From Candidatus Omnitrophota bacterium (GTDB lineage: Bacteria > Omnitrophota > Omnitrophia > Omnitrophales > Aquincolibacteriaceae), in NCBI GenBank assembly GCA_030698625.1, contig JAUYMS010000048.1, positions 90,404 to 154,403 of the forward strand: a stretch of DNA of 64,000 bases. Reading direction: 5' to 3'. This document shows, piece by piece, positions 1-12,724 of this stretch (the first letter of the stretch is position 1; each line of letters begins with the position of its first letter). The position numbers were made by a program, and so were the translations under genes. The notes under the pieces are model-generated. The model was not told the origin of the DNA. It worked only from the letters and a program-made list of their open reading frames with translations, and searched no databases.

Positions 1-1038
1 ACGGTGCGAGATGATTCCAAGATTGTGACAATTGCTGTTTCTCACGTAGAATACAATTCTGAAAAGCGTCACTATGCCCACATAGACTGCCCGGGCCACG
101 CGGACTACATTAAAAACATGATTACCGGTGCGGCGCAGATGGACGGCGCCATCCTTGTAGTTTCAGCTATTGACGGTCCGATGCCACAGACGCGCGAGCA
201 CATCTTGCTGGCCCGTCAGGTTGGTGTACCCGCTATCGTGGTCTTCCTTAACAAGTGCGACGCTGTCGATGATCCCGAACTCCTGGAATTGGTTGAGCTG
301 GAGGTCCGCGAACTTCTAAAGAAGTACGATTTTCCGGGTGATGATATCCCGATTATCCGCGGTTCCAGCATTAAGGCTGTTGAAAATCCCACCGACGAGG
401 TCGCCATTAAGCCGATCATGGATCTTGTGAAGGCTTTGGATGAGAGCATTCCAGAGCCGAAGAGGGAGATTGACAAACCCTTCCTCATGCCGATTGAAGA
501 TGTGTTCTCGATCTCCGGCCGCGGTACTGTGGGTACCGGTCGCATTGAGCGCGGCATTATTAAAGTGGGTGCCGAATGCGAAATTATCGGGCTTCAGGAA
601 CACTCCCTAAAGTCGACGGTGACCGGTGTTGAGATGTTTCGTAAGCTCCTCGACGAGGGTCAAGCTGGTGATAACGTCGGGCTTCTGCTTCGCGGTGTTG
701 AAAAGGAGCAACTGGAGCGCGGAATGGTTATTGCTAAGCCTGGAAGCGTTACTCCTCACAAGAAGTTCAAGGCCGAAGTTTATATTCTGAGTAAGGAGGA
801 AGGGGGGCGTCATACTCCTTTCTTTAAAGGATACAGGCCTCAGTTTTATTTTCGGACCACGGACGTTACAGGTATCATGACGCTTCCGGCAGGTACGGAA
901 ATGGTTATGCCGGGTGATAATGTGTCGATTGAAGCTGAACTGATCATGCCGGTAGCGATGGAAAAGGAACTGCGGTTTGCAATTCGTGAAGGCGGTAAGA
1001 CCGTCGGGGCGGGTGTTGTAAGCGAGATTATTGAGTAG
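1..1038 (+). CDS. tuf: Elongation factor Tu, 5'-truncated by the window edge
   Basis: Translation carries the EF-Tu G-domain motifs DCPGHADY and NKCD and the C-terminal beta-barrel domains. The frame is open from position 1 with no start codon. Confidence 0.95.
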   Translation, partial: TVRDDSKIVTIAVSHVEYNSEKRHYAHIDCPGHADYIKNMITGAAQMDGAILVVSAIDGPMPQTREHILLARQVGVPAIVVFLNKCDAVDDPELLELVELEVRELLKKYDFPGDDIPIIRGSSIKAVENPTDEVAIKPIMDLVKALDESIPEPKREIDKPFLMPIEDVFSISGRGTVGTGRIERGIIKVGAECEIIGLQEHSLKSTVTGVEMFRKLLDEGQAGDNVGLLLRGVEKEQLERGMVIAKPGSVTPHKKFKAEVYILSKEEGGRHTPFFKGYRPQFYFRTTDVTGIMTLPAGTEMVMPGDNVSIEAELIMPVAMEKELRFAIREGGKTVGAGVVSEIIE

Positions 1039-1224
1039 CACTGGGTACTCTCGAGCATCCCATCTTAAAGCAAACTCATCTGACTAATCGGAAGTTCTTC
1101 GCTCCCTCGGGATAGTTTATTCCGTCAAGGGGGCTTGCCCCAGAAGATTTATCCGCGGGGCGGGGGCCGACGATTTTGAATTTGCGCTTTTGTTACATCA
1201 ATTTTGTAACCCTTGGCTCTTTCG

Positions 1225-1240
1225 TAAAGGGATCCCTTTA
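1225..1240. repeat. Perfect 16-bp palindrome TAAAGGGATCCCTTTA between tuf and tRNA-Trp
   Basis: Seen directly. It overlaps the region where a promoter for the tRNA-Trp-secE-nusG unit would lie (TAATAT at 1253-1258). Confidence 0.4.
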
Positions 1241-1262
1241 TGCAAAAAGCTGTAATATGCGG

Positions 1263-1340
1263 AGGCCTGTAGCTCCAACTGGCTAGAGCGGCGGTCTCCA
1301 AAACCGCGTGTTGCAGGTTCGAATCCTGCCAGGCCTGCCA
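1263..1340 (+). tRNA. trnW: tRNA-Trp (anticodon CCA), CCA end encoded
   Basis: Hand-folded cloverleaf. Acceptor AGGCCTG/CAGGCCT, D-stem GCTC/GAGC, anticodon stem GCGGT/ACCGC with loop CTCCAAA, T-arm GCAGG-TTCGAAT-CCTGC, discriminator G then CCA. It sits in the conserved tuf-tRNA(Trp)-secE position. Confidence 0.85.
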
Positions 1341-1363
1341 CGACATACGGCGATGAGGAATGC

Positions 1364-1549
1364 ATGTTCGGTAAAGTAGGTAACTTTTTCAGCGAGACAA
1401 AACAGGAGCTAAACAAGGTAACATGGCCAAGCAAGGACGAACTGTGGCAGTCGACGATCGTCGTCATCGTAACATCGATGATTTTAGCGGTGTTTATAGG
1501 CATTGTGGATTTCTTCCTTTCTATATTTGTTCGTATTCTTCTGGGATGA
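1364..1549 (+). CDS. secE: Preprotein translocase subunit SecE
   Basis: 61-aa protein with a single C-terminal TM helix, located directly upstream of nusG. GAGG lies 5 nt upstream of the ATG. Confidence 0.85.
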   Translation: MFGKVGNFFSETKQELNKVTWPSKDELWQSTIVVIVTSMILAVFIGIVDFFLSIFVRILLG

Positions 1550-1555
1550 GGGTCG

Positions 1556-2089
1556 ATGGGAACGGCTAAGTGGTACGTAGTTCATACGCAGACAGGCGTA
1601 GAACAGCGGGTTAAAGCGAATTTACAGACTCGTGCCGAGACGGCGGGGATTGCGCATCTTATTCAGCGGGTCATGATTCCGACCGAGAAAGTCAGCGAGG
1701 TCAAGGAAGGCAAGAAACGCATCAGTGAGAGGAAGTTTTTCCCCGGCTATATCCTGGTGCAGATGGAGTTAACCGACGATAGTTGGTACCTCGTACGTAA
1801 TACTCCGGGAATTTCGGGGTTTGTGGGCTCAGGGAAAACACCGCTTCCTCTCTCTGAGGGAGAGATTTCAGATATTCTGACTCAGCAGGAAGAGAAGAAG
1901 ACGAAACCAAAGCCAAAGGTTGAATTTGAGGTCGGTGAAAGTGTTCGTGTTAAAGAAGGCGCTTTTGCTAATTTCAACGGAACCATCGAAGAGATCAACC
2001 CGAATCGCGGCAAACTAAAGGTGATGGTTACGATATTCGGTCGCTCAACTCCGGTAGAACTCGAATATTGGCAGGTCGAGAAAGTATAA
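1556..2089 (+). CDS. nusG: Transcription termination/antitermination factor NusG
   Basis: NGN domain followed by a C-terminal KOW motif. Conserved secE-nusG-rplK order. Confidence 0.9.
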   Translation: MGTAKWYVVHTQTGVEQRVKANLQTRAETAGIAHLIQRVMIPTEKVSEVKEGKKRISERKFFPGYILVQMELTDDSWYLVRNTPGISGFVGSGKTPLPLSEGEISDILTQQEEKKTKPKPKVEFEVGESVRVKEGAFANFNGTIEEINPNRGKLKVMVTIFGRSTPVELEYWQVEKV

Positions 2090-2101
2090 ACTAAAGGCGT
2101 T

Positions 2102-2533
2102 ATGGCAAAAGAGATTATCACGCAAATTAAATTGCAGGTCCCGGGAGGACAAGCAAATCCGGCCCCTCCTATCGGTCCTGCTTTGGGGCAGCACGGCCTC
2201 AACATCATGGAGTTCTGCAAGCAATTTAATGAGAAGACCAAGGATAAGCAGGGCGTCATTCTCCCCGTTGTTATTACGGTTTATAAAGACAAATCATTTA
2301 CGTTCATCATGAAAGAGCCGCCGGTCGCGGTGGCCCTTAAGAAGGCAGCCGGGCTTGCTAAGGCATCTCCAGAGCCGGGGCGCAACTTTATTGGTCAAGT
2401 GACTCACGAAGAAGTTGCTGAGATTGCCAGGCAAAAAATGAGGGACTTGAATACTACAAAGCTTGAGAGCGCCGTTCGTATGGTTGCAGGTTCAGCCCGC
2501 AGTATGGGTATTAAGGTTGTGGACAAAAAATGA
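2102..2533 (+). CDS. rplK: 50S ribosomal protein L11
   Basis: Strong similarity, including the PPIGPALG motif. Confidence 0.95.
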   Translation: MAKEIITQIKLQVPGGQANPAPPIGPALGQHGLNIMEFCKQFNEKTKDKQGVILPVVITVYKDKSFTFIMKEPPVAVALKKAAGLAKASPEPGRNFIGQVTHEEVAEIARQKMRDLNTTKLESAVRMVAGSARSMGIKVVDKK

Positions 2534-3222
2534 TGCGCAGCAAGAGATATGCGGAGCGGGCGAAGTTAGTTGATCGCACCAAGGAATATAAGTTGGATGA
2601 GGCGGTCGCGGCCATAAAGAAAATCAGCGACAATAAGTTTGACGAGTCCATCACCCTGGATATCCAGTTGGGTTTGCGTCCCGGGCAGAGCAACGAGATG
2701 ATTCGCGGGACAGTGAGCTTGGCTCACGGCAGCGGAAAAAAAGTAAACATTTTGTGCTTCTGCAAAGGTGACGCGGCGCGAGAAGCAAAGGAAGCTGGAG
2801 CGGAATTTGTCGGCGCGGAAGAGTTGGTCGAGAAAATCCAGAAGGAAAACTGGCTTGGTTTTGACATCGTCGTGTCACATCCCGATATGATGCGAGAAGT
2901 CAGTAAGCTGGGACGCGTGTTGGGCCCCCGAGGTTTAATGCCGTCGCCCAAAAATGGAACAGTGACTCCAAATGTAGGGAAGGCCGTTGCTGAACTTAAG
3001 GCTGGCCGCGTTGAATTTAAGAACGACAAGACTTCGGGTGTTCATGTCATGTGCGGAAAGCTGTCCTTTAGCGAAAAGGCGCTGATCGAAAACGCACGGA
3101 TGCTTCTTCGTGCGGTGAGGGATGCCAGGCCGTCTGCCGCGAAGGGCGACTATATGAAAAGAGTTACGATTGCCCCCAGCCAAGGTCCGGGTTTCCGGTT
3201 GGCGGTAGGGTCTTTGGGCTAA
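2530..3222 (+). CDS. rplA: 50S ribosomal protein L1
   Basis: Similarity to L1. Start overlaps the rplK stop as ATGA. Confidence 0.95.
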   Translation: MMRSKRYAERAKLVDRTKEYKLDEAVAAIKKISDNKFDESITLDIQLGLRPGQSNEMIRGTVSLAHGSGKKVNILCFCKGDAAREAKEAGAEFVGAEELVEKIQKENWLGFDIVVSHPDMMREVSKLGRVLGPRGLMPSPKNGTVTPNVGKAVAELKAGRVEFKNDKTSGVHVMCGKLSFSEKALIENARMLLRAVRDARPSAAKGDYMKRVTIAPSQGPGFRLAVGSLG

Positions 3223-3237
3223 AGGGAGATTTGAGCA

Positions 3238-3774
3238 ATGAAATCGGTAATTAAGCAAGGGATGGTAAGCGAATTAAAGCGGGAGCTGGACGCTCATCCG
3301 TACACGTTTATATCCAACCTGGAATCCCTGTCAGTAGAAGCGTTATCCACTTTTCGCCGCGACCTCGAAAAGGTATCCGGCCGAACGATGATGGTCAAAC
3401 ATACGATCGCCCGGCGTGTTTTTGAGGATAGTGATTATGCGAAAGCCGGCGAATTTTTTAAGCATGCAGTAGTTTTAACTTTTGCGGATAAGGAACCCCA
3501 AGATGTTTCAAGGGTGTTGATAAAGATCGCCAAACAAAACAACAAGATTGTCCCGGCGGGCGTTATATTCGAAAATAAGATTTACGATCACGGCTTTATA
3601 CAAAATCTTTCAATTCTTCCTTCAAGGAAAGAGCTTTTAACTCAGGTTGTGGTGCGAGTGAAATCGCCAATTTCGGGGTTGGTGCTGGGGCTTGGCGGGA
3701 TAATCCGCGGCCTCGTGCAGACATTAAGCGAAATCAAGAAGCAGCGCGAAGCGGCGCCGCAGGCGGCAGCGTAA
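3238..3774 (+). CDS. rplJ: 50S ribosomal protein L10
   Basis: Similarity and position upstream of rplL. Confidence 0.9.
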   Translation: MKSVIKQGMVSELKRELDAHPYTFISNLESLSVEALSTFRRDLEKVSGRTMMVKHTIARRVFEDSDYAKAGEFFKHAVVLTFADKEPQDVSRVLIKIAKQNNKIVPAGVIFENKIYDHGFIQNLSILPSRKELLTQVVVRVKSPISGLVLGLGGIIRGLVQTLSEIKKQREAAPQAAA

Positions 3775-3828
3775 TTCCGTATCGAATACGGTATCAATAA
3801 ATTTACGAAATTCAAGGAGGCAGTGGTC

Positions 3829-4323
3829 ATGTCAACAGGAGAAGCAGCAGTGGAAGAAACGAAACCAGAAGAACAAAAATCGGCTGAACCGAAGGCTGAT
3901 GCAGCAACAGCAAAAAAGAAAGAGGGGCCTGCTTTGTCGGAAAAACTGCAGACGATTCTAAAAACTATTGAACAGTTAACCGTCCTCGAACTCGCCGACC
4001 TCGTAAAGGCTCTTGAGGATAGGTTTGGTGTGAGCGCTGCAGCGGCTGTTGCCGTGGCCGCGCCGGGTGCGGCGGCCGGGGGTGGTGGTGATGCCGGAGC
4101 AGCGGAAGTGAAAGATACCTTTGATGTGATTTTGGCAAGTGTCGGTAGCAAGAAGATCCAGGTTATTAAGGAAATTCGTGCCATAACGAATCTTGGGCTG
4201 AAGGAAGCTAAGGATTTGGTAGAGGCTGCTCCGAAGACCGTCAAAGAGGGCGTCAAGAAGGACGAGGCTGACAAGATTAAGAAAGTCCTCGAGGAACAAG
4301 GCGCCAAGGTAGAAATCAAGTAA
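3829..4323 (+). CDS. rplL: 50S ribosomal protein L7/L12
   Basis: Ala/Gly-rich hinge and a conserved C-terminal domain. AAGGAGG lies 8 nt upstream of ATG 3829. The GTG at 3823 that the ORF track used is too close to the SD. Confidence 0.9.
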   Translation: MSTGEAAVEETKPEEQKSAEPKADAATAKKKEGPALSEKLQTILKTIEQLTVLELADLVKALEDRFGVSAAAAVAVAAPGAAAGGGGDAGAAEVKDTFDVILASVGSKKIQVIKEIRAITNLGLKEAKDLVEAAPKTVKEGVKKDEADKIKKVLEEQGAKVEIK

Positions 4324-4470
4324 CTCCTCCCGTTGAGATGTTTTATCGTGGGGCCGCGAAGTTTTCTTGTGCGGCTCACTGCGCGGGTGGGCATATATCT
4401 AGGGAAGAAGGATCTAAGCGATTGAGATACCGAGCACAAAAGTGCGCATCGCGCTAGGGGCTGATACTTT

Positions 4471-7400
4471 ATGAATCCTGTGCTGAATAGAAAAAATTTT
4501 ACAAAAATTCACGATACGATGGAGTTGCCGAATCTGGTAGAGATTCAGGTCCGTTCGTACGAGAAATTTCTCCAATCTGACACACCGAAGCGCCGTCGTA
4601 AACGCCAGGGGCTTGAAGCCGCTTTCCAGGAGTGTTTTCCGGTGGACAGTGTGGATGGTTCTTGTCGTCTTGAATATGACGGGTATAACTTAGGGAAACC
4701 CAAATATTCCGTGGCTGAATGTCACAAGCGCGGTATGACCTTCGCTGCGCCCCTGAAGGTTAAGCTCCGGCTAGTGCGTAAGGGGATTGCTAAGGAACAG
4801 GAAGTTTATATCGGCGAGCTGCCTCTCATGACGGATACCGGTACTTTTATCATTAATGGTGCCGAGCGTGTCGTGGTTAGTCAGTTGCACCGCTCTCCGG
4901 GTTGTTCCCTCGAAGAGAGTTTGCATGCCAGTGGAAAGAAAATCTACAGTGTTCGTATCATTCCCTATCGGGGTGCTTGGATTGAGTTTGAGTCCGACAT
5001 TAACGACATTATCTACGCCTATATCGACCGCCGTCGTAAGTTGCTCGCCACGACCCTTTTGAGGGCCATTGGTTTTTCGACGACTTACGATATTCTCAAG
5101 GAGCTTTATAGTGTGGAGACCATCCAGTCGCTGGACAAGAACTCCGCCAAGAAGCTGGAGGGCGAACATCTGGCCGACGATGTTTTGCAGCCTGAATCCA
5201 AGGAGCCAATCGCGGTCGCTGGTACTAAGCTGACTAAAGAAATCCTTAGCGTTATTCTTACCAATAATGTTTCTTCGCTTTCGATCGTAAAGCTCGGTAA
5301 AGATGACTTGTCGATTATCAATACCCTGGAGCGGGATCCCTATCAAAACACTCAGGATGCTCAAGTGGCGATCTACCGCCGTGTGCGTCCGGGCGATCCT
5401 CCGACAGAGGCAAGCGCGCGGGATTTAGTCCACAAGTTGTTTTTTGACCCGCAGCGGTACGACTTGGGTCGCGTCGGGCGGTTCATGTTGAACCGGAAAC
5501 TTGATCAGGAGCAAGATGCCAAAGACACCACGCTTCGTCCCAAGGATGTGATTCGCGTGATTTCTATGCTGTTGAAGCTGCGCTCCGGCGAAGTGCGTAA
5601 AGATGACATTGACCACTTAGGCAACCGCCGCGTGCGTTCCGTCGGTGAATTGCTGGAAAATCAGTTCCGTGTCGGTTTGGTGCGCATGAAGCGGTCTTGT
5701 CTGGAGCGCATGTCCATCTACGATTTAGATGCGGCAATGCCTCATAATCTCATTAATCCGAAACTAATCTCGGCCGCGATTAAAGACTTTTTTGGTCGCA
5801 GTCAGCTTTCCCAGTTTATGGACCAGACAAATCCGTTGGCGGAGTTAACGCACAAGCGGCGTCTTTCGGCGCTCGGCCCTGGCGGTCTATCGCGTGAGCA
5901 CGCTGGTTTTGAAGTCCGCGACGTTCACCCGTCACATTATGGTCGTATTTGCCCGATTGAAACTCCGGAAGGGCCTAACATCGGTTTGATTGCTTCGTTG
6001 AGCACTTTTGCGCGAGTTAATTCAATCGGTTTTCTGGAGAGCCCGTATCGTAAGGTCGAAAAGGGGCGTGTTACCGACAAGATTGATTTTCTTACGGCCG
6101 ACATCGAAGACAAGCACGTGATTGCACAGGCGAACGCTCGCTTGGATAAGAACGGAAAGTTTCTTGAGGAAACGATTTCTTGCCGGCAAAAAGGGGATTT
6201 TCCCAGGAAGAAGCCTGAGGAGATCGAATACATGGATGTCTCGCCGCGCCAATTGGTGAGTGTCGCCGCCGCTTTGATTCCGTTTTTAGAGCACGATGAT
6301 GCTAATCGAGCCCTCATGGGGTCGAACATGCAACGCCAGTCGGTGCCCTTGCTCAGGACAGAATCTCCGGTCGTGGGTACGGGAATGGAGTATCAGGTGG
6401 CGCGTGATTCTGGCGCTACGATTGTGGCGAAGTCGCGCGGGACTGTAAAGTATGCCGACGGTAATGAGATTGTGATTGACGATTTTGTTTACAAACTCAA
6501 AAAATTTGAGCGCTCGAATGCCGGGACTTGTATTAATCAGCGCCCGCTCGTAAAGATGGGCGACAAGGTCAAGCGCGGTGACATCATTGCTGATGGTGCG
6601 GCGACTCAGGACGGTGAGTTGGCTCTGGGTTATAACGTGGTCGTGGCCTTTCTCCCGTGGCGCGGCTATAACTTTGAGGACGCCATTATCATCAATGAAA
6701 AGCTCTGTAAGGAAGACGTGTTTACGTCCCTCCATATAGAAGAGTTTGACCTTGAGGCTCGGGACACGAAGCTTGGAAACGAAGAGATCACGCGCGATAT
6801 TCCAAATGTTAGCGAAGAGGCCCTCAAGGATCTTGATGAGGAGGGCGTGGTGCGTGTCGGCGCAGAAGTTAAACCTGGTGATATTCTAGTTGGTAAGATT
6901 ACTCCGAAGTCAGAGACCGAGCTTTCGCCGGAAGAGAAGCTTCTGCGCGCCATCTTCGGCGAAAAAGCCGGCGATGTTCGGGATGCGTCTTTAACGGTTC
7001 CGCCGGGGGTGGAGGGAATCGTTGTTGACGTGAAAGTCTTTGCCCGCAAGGAATCTCATGCCAAGACAAAGGATGAGCGGCGCGACGAAGGTAAAGAGGT
7101 CGACGGCATTAAGGACCGTTATCAGGATCGGATCGAGACGCTCAAGAGAGAGCGCCTAAACAAGATTTCATCCATGATCATGGGTAAACGTCTCTCCGAA
7201 GACCTGCTTGATGATATTCTCGGGGAAATCCTTCTGAAATCCGGGCACATAGTTACGAAGAACGACCTGAAAAAGCTTGAAGGCTGCGATTGGGAATCAA
7301 TTCGACTTGATGATGAGCCTGATCTTGAAGAGAGCGTGCGCAAGATCGCGCGCGTTTGGGGTGACGAAATTGATGAGCTTATTGGTGAGCGCACGCGTGA

Positions 7401-8268
7401 AGTGGACCGCGTTAAGAAGGGCGATGAGTTGCCTCCGGGCGTGATCAAAAAGGTCGTCGTTTATGTTTGTTCCAAGCGTAAGCTTTCTGTCGGCGATAAG
7501 ATGGCGGGGCGCCATGGTAACAAGGGTGTGATTGCAAAGATTCTGCCGGAAGAGGACATGCCCTATCTCCCTGGTGGTAAGTCCGTAGAGATCATGCTTA
7601 ATCCGCTAGGTGTACCGTCTCGTATGAATGTCGGTCAGATTTTGGAAACGCATCTGGGTTGGGCTGCTAAGGCGTTGGGTTTGAAGGTGATGACCCCCGT
7701 ATTCAGCGGTTGCAGTGAGCAGGAGATCAAGGACCTCCTGGTCGAGGCGAACCTGCCTACCGACGGCAAATCAATTTTGTACGACGGGCGCACCGGCAGA
7801 CCTTTTGATGAGCGGGTGACCGTCGGCTATATCTATATGATGAAACTTGCACATTTGGCGGATGACAAAATTCATGCGCGGTCGATTGGCCCGTATTCAC
7901 TTGTAACGCAGCAGCCGCTCGGCGGTAAGGCACAGTTTGGCGGACAGCGGTTTGGTGAGATGGAGGTCTGGGCCTTGGAAGCTTATGGCGCCGCCTTCAC
8001 CTTGCAGGAGTTGCTTACCGTTAAGAGTGACGACGTGATCGGCAGGACGCGTGTCTATGAAGCTATTGTGAAGGGGGAATCGGCCCTTCATGCCGGCACG
8101 CCTGAGTCTTTCAACGTGTTGGTTAAAGAGTTGCAGTCCTTAGGGCTGGATATCATTGCTGAGAAAAGTAGTGATCTCCTCAAGGTAGAGCCTAAATATG
8201 AAAAAAAGCTAAGTAAGCTGGATGAAGAGGAAGCCGAAGCACAGGCAAAGGAGAAGCTCAAGGTATGA
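4471..8268 (+). CDS. rpoB: DNA-directed RNA polymerase subunit beta
   Basis: 1265 aa with full-length similarity to RpoB. Confidence 0.97.
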   Translation: MNPVLNRKNFTKIHDTMELPNLVEIQVRSYEKFLQSDTPKRRRKRQGLEAAFQECFPVDSVDGSCRLEYDGYNLGKPKYSVAECHKRGMTFAAPLKVKLRLVRKGIAKEQEVYIGELPLMTDTGTFIINGAERVVVSQLHRSPGCSLEESLHASGKKIYSVRIIPYRGAWIEFESDINDIIYAYIDRRRKLLATTLLRAIGFSTTYDILKELYSVETIQSLDKNSAKKLEGEHLADDVLQPESKEPIAVAGTKLTKEILSVILTNNVSSLSIVKLGKDDLSIINTLERDPYQNTQDAQVAIYRRVRPGDPPTEASARDLVHKLFFDPQRYDLGRVGRFMLNRKLDQEQDAKDTTLRPKDVIRVISMLLKLRSGEVRKDDIDHLGNRRVRSVGELLENQFRVGLVRMKRSCLERMSIYDLDAAMPHNLINPKLISAAIKDFFGRSQLSQFMDQTNPLAELTHKRRLSALGPGGLSREHAGFEVRDVHPSHYGRICPIETPEGPNIGLIASLSTFARVNSIGFLESPYRKVEKGRVTDKIDFLTADIEDKHVIAQANARLDKNGKFLEETISCRQKGDFPRKKPEEIEYMDVSPRQLVSVAAALIPFLEHDDANRALMGSNMQRQSVPLLRTESPVVGTGMEYQVARDSGATIVAKSRGTVKYADGNEIVIDDFVYKLKKFERSNAGTCINQRPLVKMGDKVKRGDIIADGAATQDGELALGYNVVVAFLPWRGYNFEDAIIINEKLCKEDVFTSLHIEEFDLEARDTKLGNEEITRDIPNVSEEALKDLDEEGVVRVGAEVKPGDILVGKITPKSETELSPEEKLLRAIFGEKAGDVRDASLTVPPGVEGIVVDVKVFARKESHAKTKDERRDEGKEVDGIKDRYQDRIETLKRERLNKISSMIMGKRLSEDLLDDILGEILLKSGHIVTKNDLKKLEGCDWESIRLDDEPDLEESVRKIARVWGDEIDELIGERTREVDRVKKGDELPPGVIKKVVVYVCSKRKLSVGDKMAGRHGNKGVIAKILPEEDMPYLPGGKSVEIMLNPLGVPSRMNVGQILETHLGWAAKALGLKVMTPVFSGCSEQEIKDLLVEANLPTDGKSILYDGRTGRPFDERVTVGYIYMMKLAHLADDKIHARSIGPYSLVTQQPLGGKAQFGGQRFGEMEVWALEAYGAAFTLQELLTVKSDDVIGRTRVYEAIVKGESALHAGTPESFNVLVKELQSLGLDIIAEKSSDLLKVEPKYEKKLSKLDEEEAEAQAKEKLKV

Positions 8269-11200
8269 AATACGACGTCAATATGTTCGATTCCCTTTTG
8301 ATTCGTATCGCCTCCCCGGACGTTATCAGGAGTTGGTCCCGCGGCGAGGTTAGAAAACCGGAGACGATCAACTACCGTACTCTGAAGCCGGAAAAAGATG
8401 GGCTTTTCTGCGAGAAAATTTTTGGGCCAACCCGTGATTGGGAGTGTGCCTGCGGTAAGTATAAACGTATTAAACACAAGGGGATCGTGTGCGATCGCTG
8501 CGGCGTTGAGGTGACTCAGTCGAAAGTTCGTCGTGAACGAATGGGGCATATTGAGCTTGTAACTCCCGTGTCCCATATATGGTTTTTCAAAACTATGCCC
8601 TCGCGCATCGGCAATATTCTTGATTTAAGTGTCCGTGCCCTTGAGAAGGTTCTGTACTATGAAGAATATATTGTTATTGATGCCAAAGAAACTCCGCTAA
8701 AGAAGATGCAGCTCCTCACAGAAGAAGAGTATCAAAAGGCCCAGGAGCAGTATGGCGCCAGCAGTTTCGTGGCCAGAATGGGCGCAGAGGCAGCCCGCGA
8801 TCTTCTCAAAGAGCTTGACCTTAATGCACTTGCGCAGAAGTATCACCGCCAAGTGAAGACATCCAAATCCAAGCAGGCAAGGGCGAGAGCGATCAAAATC
8901 CTTAAGATTCTCGATGCCTTTCGCAAATCAGGCAATAATCCGGAATGGATGGTCTTAGAGTGCGTCCCCGTGATTCCGCCGGACCTGCGCCCTCTCGTGG
9001 CCCTGGATGGCGGAAGATTTGCTACGAGCGATCTCAACGATCTCTATCGCCGTGTCATCAATCGTAATAACCGCCTAAAAAAGTTGCTCGAACTCAAAGC
9101 GCCGGATGTCATCATCCGAAATGAAAAGCGTATGCTGCAGGAAGCTGTTGATGCCCTCTTCGATAACGGGCGTCATGGTCGCCCGGTGCTCGGCAGCGGA
9201 AATCGGCCACTGAAGTCCTTGAGCGACATGCTTAAGGGAAAACAGGGGCGTTTTCGTCAGAACCTCCTCGGAAAGCGCGTTGATTATTCCGGTCGTTCCG
9301 TTATCGTGATCGGCCCCGAACTGAAGATTCATCAGTGCGGTCTGCCAAAGAAGATGGCGCTTGAGCTATTTGAACCGTTTATTATTCGGAAGCTCAAGGA
9401 GCGGGGTCATGTTCACACGATTCGGTCCGCGAAAAAGATGGTAGAGCGCGTGAAACCCGAAGTGTGGGATATCCTGGAAGAGGTTATTAAGGAGCACCCG
9501 GTCATGTTAAATCGCGCTCCTACCCTGCACAGGCTTGGCGTTCAAGCTTTCGAGCCGGTTCTTATCGAGGGTAAGGCGATTCGAATTCACCCGCTTGTCT
9601 GTACGGCTTTCAACGCCGATTTCGACGGAGACCAGATGGCCGTTCACGTTCCTCTTTCTATGGAGGCGCAGATGGAATGTCGCGTGTTGATGCTTTCGGC
9701 CAACAATATTTTCTCTCCAGCCAACGGGAAACCGATCGCTACTCCCACCCAGGATATCGTCCTGGGGATTTATTACCTCACCAAGGCTCGTGAAGGAGCC
9801 ACAGGGGAAGGCCTTTCTTTTGCCGACGTAGACGAAGCCATGCTTGCGTATCAAGACGGCGAGATTCACAAGCATGCGAAATGCAAGCTGCGCCTTGGGA
9901 ACGGTGAAATGCAGGAAACGACCATGGGCCGTATCTTCTTCAACCAAGTGCTTCCTAAGAATTTTCGTTTCGTCAACGACCTGATTAATAAAAGTAGGCT
10001 GTCGAAAATTATTGCGGAGTGCTACCGGCAGTTCGGGCATAGTGCCGTAATCGGTCTTTTGGATCGTCTAAAAACCCTCGGTTTCGAAGAAGCCACGACC
10101 TCGGGTCTTTCGATCGGAATCGACGATATTTGTATCCCGGAGTCAAAGGAGACCTTGTTGAACGAAGCGCGCGAAAGCGTGCGGGCTATTGAGACTCAGT
10201 ACAAGAACGGATTGATCACCGAAGGTGAGCGCTACAACAAGGTAATCGATATTTGGACGCATATTACGGATCGCGTCTCGGACCGCATGTTTGAGGATCT
10301 GCACGCGTTTAATTCGATTTTCATGATGGCCGATTCGGGTGCGCGGGGTTCGAAGCAGCAGATTCGTCAGCTTGCAGGGATGCGCGGATTGATGGCGAAG
10401 CCCTCTGGCGAGATTATCGAGAGCCCGATTACGGCGAATTTTCGCGAAGGTCTGACCGTTCTTGAATACTTCATTTCCACTCACGGAGCGCGAAAAGGGT
10501 TGGCGGATACGGCATTAAAGACAGCCGACTCCGGTTATCTGACTCGTCGGCTCGTAGACGTCGCGCAGGACGTGATCGTCACCGAAGACGATTGCGGAAC
10601 TCTCAACGGTATCTTTATGGAAGCTTTGTATGAGGGTGAGGAAGAAATCGTTTCTTTGAAGGACCGAATTGAAGGCCGCGTGGCCCTCGACAATATCGTC
10701 GACGTCGTCACCGATCACGAAATTATTCGGTCGGGCCAAATGATTGACATAGATATTGCGGCCAAACTTGATGATATTGGTATTGAAAAGCTTCGTGTCC
10801 GTTCGGTTTTGACCTGCGACACGATGAAAGGTGTTTGTGCGAAATGCTACGGTGCCGATTTGGCGAACGGTCGCCTCGCGGAATTGGGTACGGCCATGGG
10901 TGTGGTTGCAGCCCAGTCGATCGGTGAACCGGGAACGCAATTAACGATGCGTACCTTCCACATCGGCGGAACGGCTTCACGTGTTGTTGAGCAGTCCTAT
11001 TTTCGGTGCCGTAATAACGGTTTTCTTAAATACCAGGGTCTTAAGACCGTGCGTACAAAAACCGGTGAGATCGTTGTGCTGAACCGTAACGGTCAGCTGA
11101 TCATTCAGGACAAAACCGGCCGGGAACTCGAGAGTTATACGATCCCTGGTGGTGCGTTTATCGCGCAGCCCGATGGGGGTGAGGTCAAGAAGAACGATAT

Positions 11201-12326
11201 TTTTGTGAAGTGGGACCCTTACACCGTTCCCATTCTGACTGAGGTTTCGGGAAAGATTCGTTTTGAGGATATTGTCGCGGGCGTGACCATGAATGAGGAG
11301 ATGGATGCTGCGACGGGTTTGTATGAGCGCGTTATTATCGAGCACAAAGAAGAGATGCATCCTCAGCTTCTCATTGTGGGAGAAAAGGACGAGATTCTGG
11401 CGTTTTATCCGATTCCGACCGGCGCACATATCGTGGTGAAAGGCGGTCAAGAAGTTACCAGTGGAACGCTCGTAGCAAAAACACCACGCAAGATCGCGAA
11501 GACGCGCGATATCACGGGTGGATTGCCGCGTGTGGCGGAGCTTTTTGAGGCGCGCAAACCGAAGAATCCAGCGATCATCTCGGAAATTGACGGTATCGTT
11601 GAGATTGGCGAGATTGTTAAAGGGCAGCGCAAGATTATTATCAAGAGCCCGACCGGAATGTTCAAGGAATACCTTGTGCCGCACGGAAAACATCTTAACG
11701 TTTACAAGGACGACAAGGTGGTTGCCGGCGATCAGCTTGTTGACGGTCCCGTGGTTCCGCAGGATATCTTGCGAGTCTCCGGCGAACGCAGTCTGCAGGA
11801 GTATCTGGTTAACGAAGTTCAGGAAGTTTATCGTCTGCAGGGTGTGCAGGTTAATGATAAGCATGCCGAAGTTATCGTGCGTCAGATGCTGCGCAAAGTC
11901 CGCATTGATGATTCAGGCGATTCTGATTTTCTGCTTGGGTCTAACGTCGATCGCCTCAAGTTTAAAGTAGAGAATGACAAGCTGGTCAAGAAGGGCAAGC
12001 AGCCTGCCAGCGCTACACCAATTCTCTTGGGAATCACGAAGGCTTCGCTGACGACTGAGAGTTTCGCCTCCGCGGCCAGCTTTCAGGAGACGACGCGTGT
12101 GCTTACAGAAGCGGCGTCGGCCGGAAAGCGTGACTACCTTCAAGGGCTCAAAGAGAACGTGATTATGGGGCATCTTATTCCGGCAGGTACGGGTTTTAAG
12201 GTTCACCAAGAGATCGAAATGGTCAAAGAGATTGGTGATCTTCTGCCGGATCCGACTGCGCAGAGGACTGAGGAGATCGAGGAAAGTACGACTGAGGCCG
12301 AAAAATCAGCAAAGGGGAAATCTTAA
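8265..12326 (+). CDS. rpoC: DNA-directed RNA polymerase subunit beta'
   Basis: 1353 aa. Carries the NADFDGD catalytic motif and the Zn-binding Cys cluster. ATGA overlap with rpoB. Confidence 0.97.
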   Translation: MKYDVNMFDSLLIRIASPDVIRSWSRGEVRKPETINYRTLKPEKDGLFCEKIFGPTRDWECACGKYKRIKHKGIVCDRCGVEVTQSKVRRERMGHIELVTPVSHIWFFKTMPSRIGNILDLSVRALEKVLYYEEYIVIDAKETPLKKMQLLTEEEYQKAQEQYGASSFVARMGAEAARDLLKELDLNALAQKYHRQVKTSKSKQARARAIKILKILDAFRKSGNNPEWMVLECVPVIPPDLRPLVALDGGRFATSDLNDLYRRVINRNNRLKKLLELKAPDVIIRNEKRMLQEAVDALFDNGRHGRPVLGSGNRPLKSLSDMLKGKQGRFRQNLLGKRVDYSGRSVIVIGPELKIHQCGLPKKMALELFEPFIIRKLKERGHVHTIRSAKKMVERVKPEVWDILEEVIKEHPVMLNRAPTLHRLGVQAFEPVLIEGKAIRIHPLVCTAFNADFDGDQMAVHVPLSMEAQMECRVLMLSANNIFSPANGKPIATPTQDIVLGIYYLTKAREGATGEGLSFADVDEAMLAYQDGEIHKHAKCKLRLGNGEMQETTMGRIFFNQVLPKNFRFVNDLINKSRLSKIIAECYRQFGHSAVIGLLDRLKTLGFEEATTSGLSIGIDDICIPESKETLLNEARESVRAIETQYKNGLITEGERYNKVIDIWTHITDRVSDRMFEDLHAFNSIFMMADSGARGSKQQIRQLAGMRGLMAKPSGEIIESPITANFREGLTVLEYFISTHGARKGLADTALKTADSGYLTRRLVDVAQDVIVTEDDCGTLNGIFMEALYEGEEEIVSLKDRIEGRVALDNIVDVVTDHEIIRSGQMIDIDIAAKLDDIGIEKLRVRSVLTCDTMKGVCAKCYGADLANGRLAELGTAMGVVAAQSIGEPGTQLTMRTFHIGGTASRVVEQSYFRCRNNGFLKYQGLKTVRTKTGEIVVLNRNGQLIIQDKTGRELESYTIPGGAFIAQPDGGEVKKNDIFVKWDPYTVPILTEVSGKIRFEDIVAGVTMNEEMDAATGLYERVIIEHKEEMHPQLLIVGEKDEILAFYPIPTGAHIVVKGGQEVTSGTLVAKTPRKIAKTRDITGGLPRVAELFEARKPKNPAIISEIDGIVEIGEIVKGQRKIIIKSPTGMFKEYLVPHGKHLNVYKDDKVVAGDQLVDGPVVPQDILRVSGERSLQEYLVNEVQEVYRLQGVQVNDKHAEVIVRQMLRKVRIDDSGDSDFLLGSNVDRLKFKVENDKLVKKGKQPASATPILLGITKASLTTESFASAASFQETTRVLTEAASAGKRDYLQGLKENVIMGHLIPAGTGFKVHQEIEMVKEIGDLLPDPTAQRTEEIEESTTEAEKSAKGKS

Positions 12327-12706
12327 TGGCGCCGACGATTAACCAGTTAATACGCCATGGGCGAACAAAGTTTAAGCGGAAGACTAAGTCCCCGTCGCTC
12401 GAAAGATGCCCTTTTCGTAAGGGTGTGTGCTTGACGGTAAGAACGCAGACGCCCAAAAAACCGAATTCAGCACTGCGAAAAATTGCGCGTGTTCGCCTCA
12501 CCAACGGTGAGGAGATTACGGCGTATATTCCCGGTGTCGGTCACAACTTGCAGGAGCATTCAATGGTGCTTGTGCGCGGCGGTCGCGTTAAAGATCTTCC
12601 GGGTGTGCGCTATCACATTGTGCGCGGGAAACTGGACACGACAGGCGTTGCAGACCGCAATCGTTCCAGATCGAAGTACGGGGCCAAGAGGCCCAAGAAA
12701 ACGTAA
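12326..12706 (+). CDS. rpsL: 30S ribosomal protein S12
   Basis: Strong similarity. Confidence 0.95.
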   Translation: MAPTINQLIRHGRTKFKRKTKSPSLERCPFRKGVCLTVRTQTPKKPNSALRKIARVRLTNGEEITAYIPGVGHNLQEHSMVLVRGGRVKDLPGVRYHIVRGKLDTTGVADRNRSRSKYGAKRPKKT

Positions 12707-12724
12707 GGAATATTTGGAGAGAAA

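Noticed and set aside
3642-4439. 265-aa minus-strand ORF antisense to rplL
   Set aside because: It is the low-complexity mirror of the Ala/Gly-rich L7/L12 hinge and has no independent signals. The plus strand has unambiguous rplL homology.
10977-11864. 295-aa minus-strand ORF inside rpoC (also 9507-10040 and 10515-10940)
   Set aside because: Antisense to a strongly conserved rpoC segment. It has a Leu/Arg-rich composition typical of reverse-frame artefacts.
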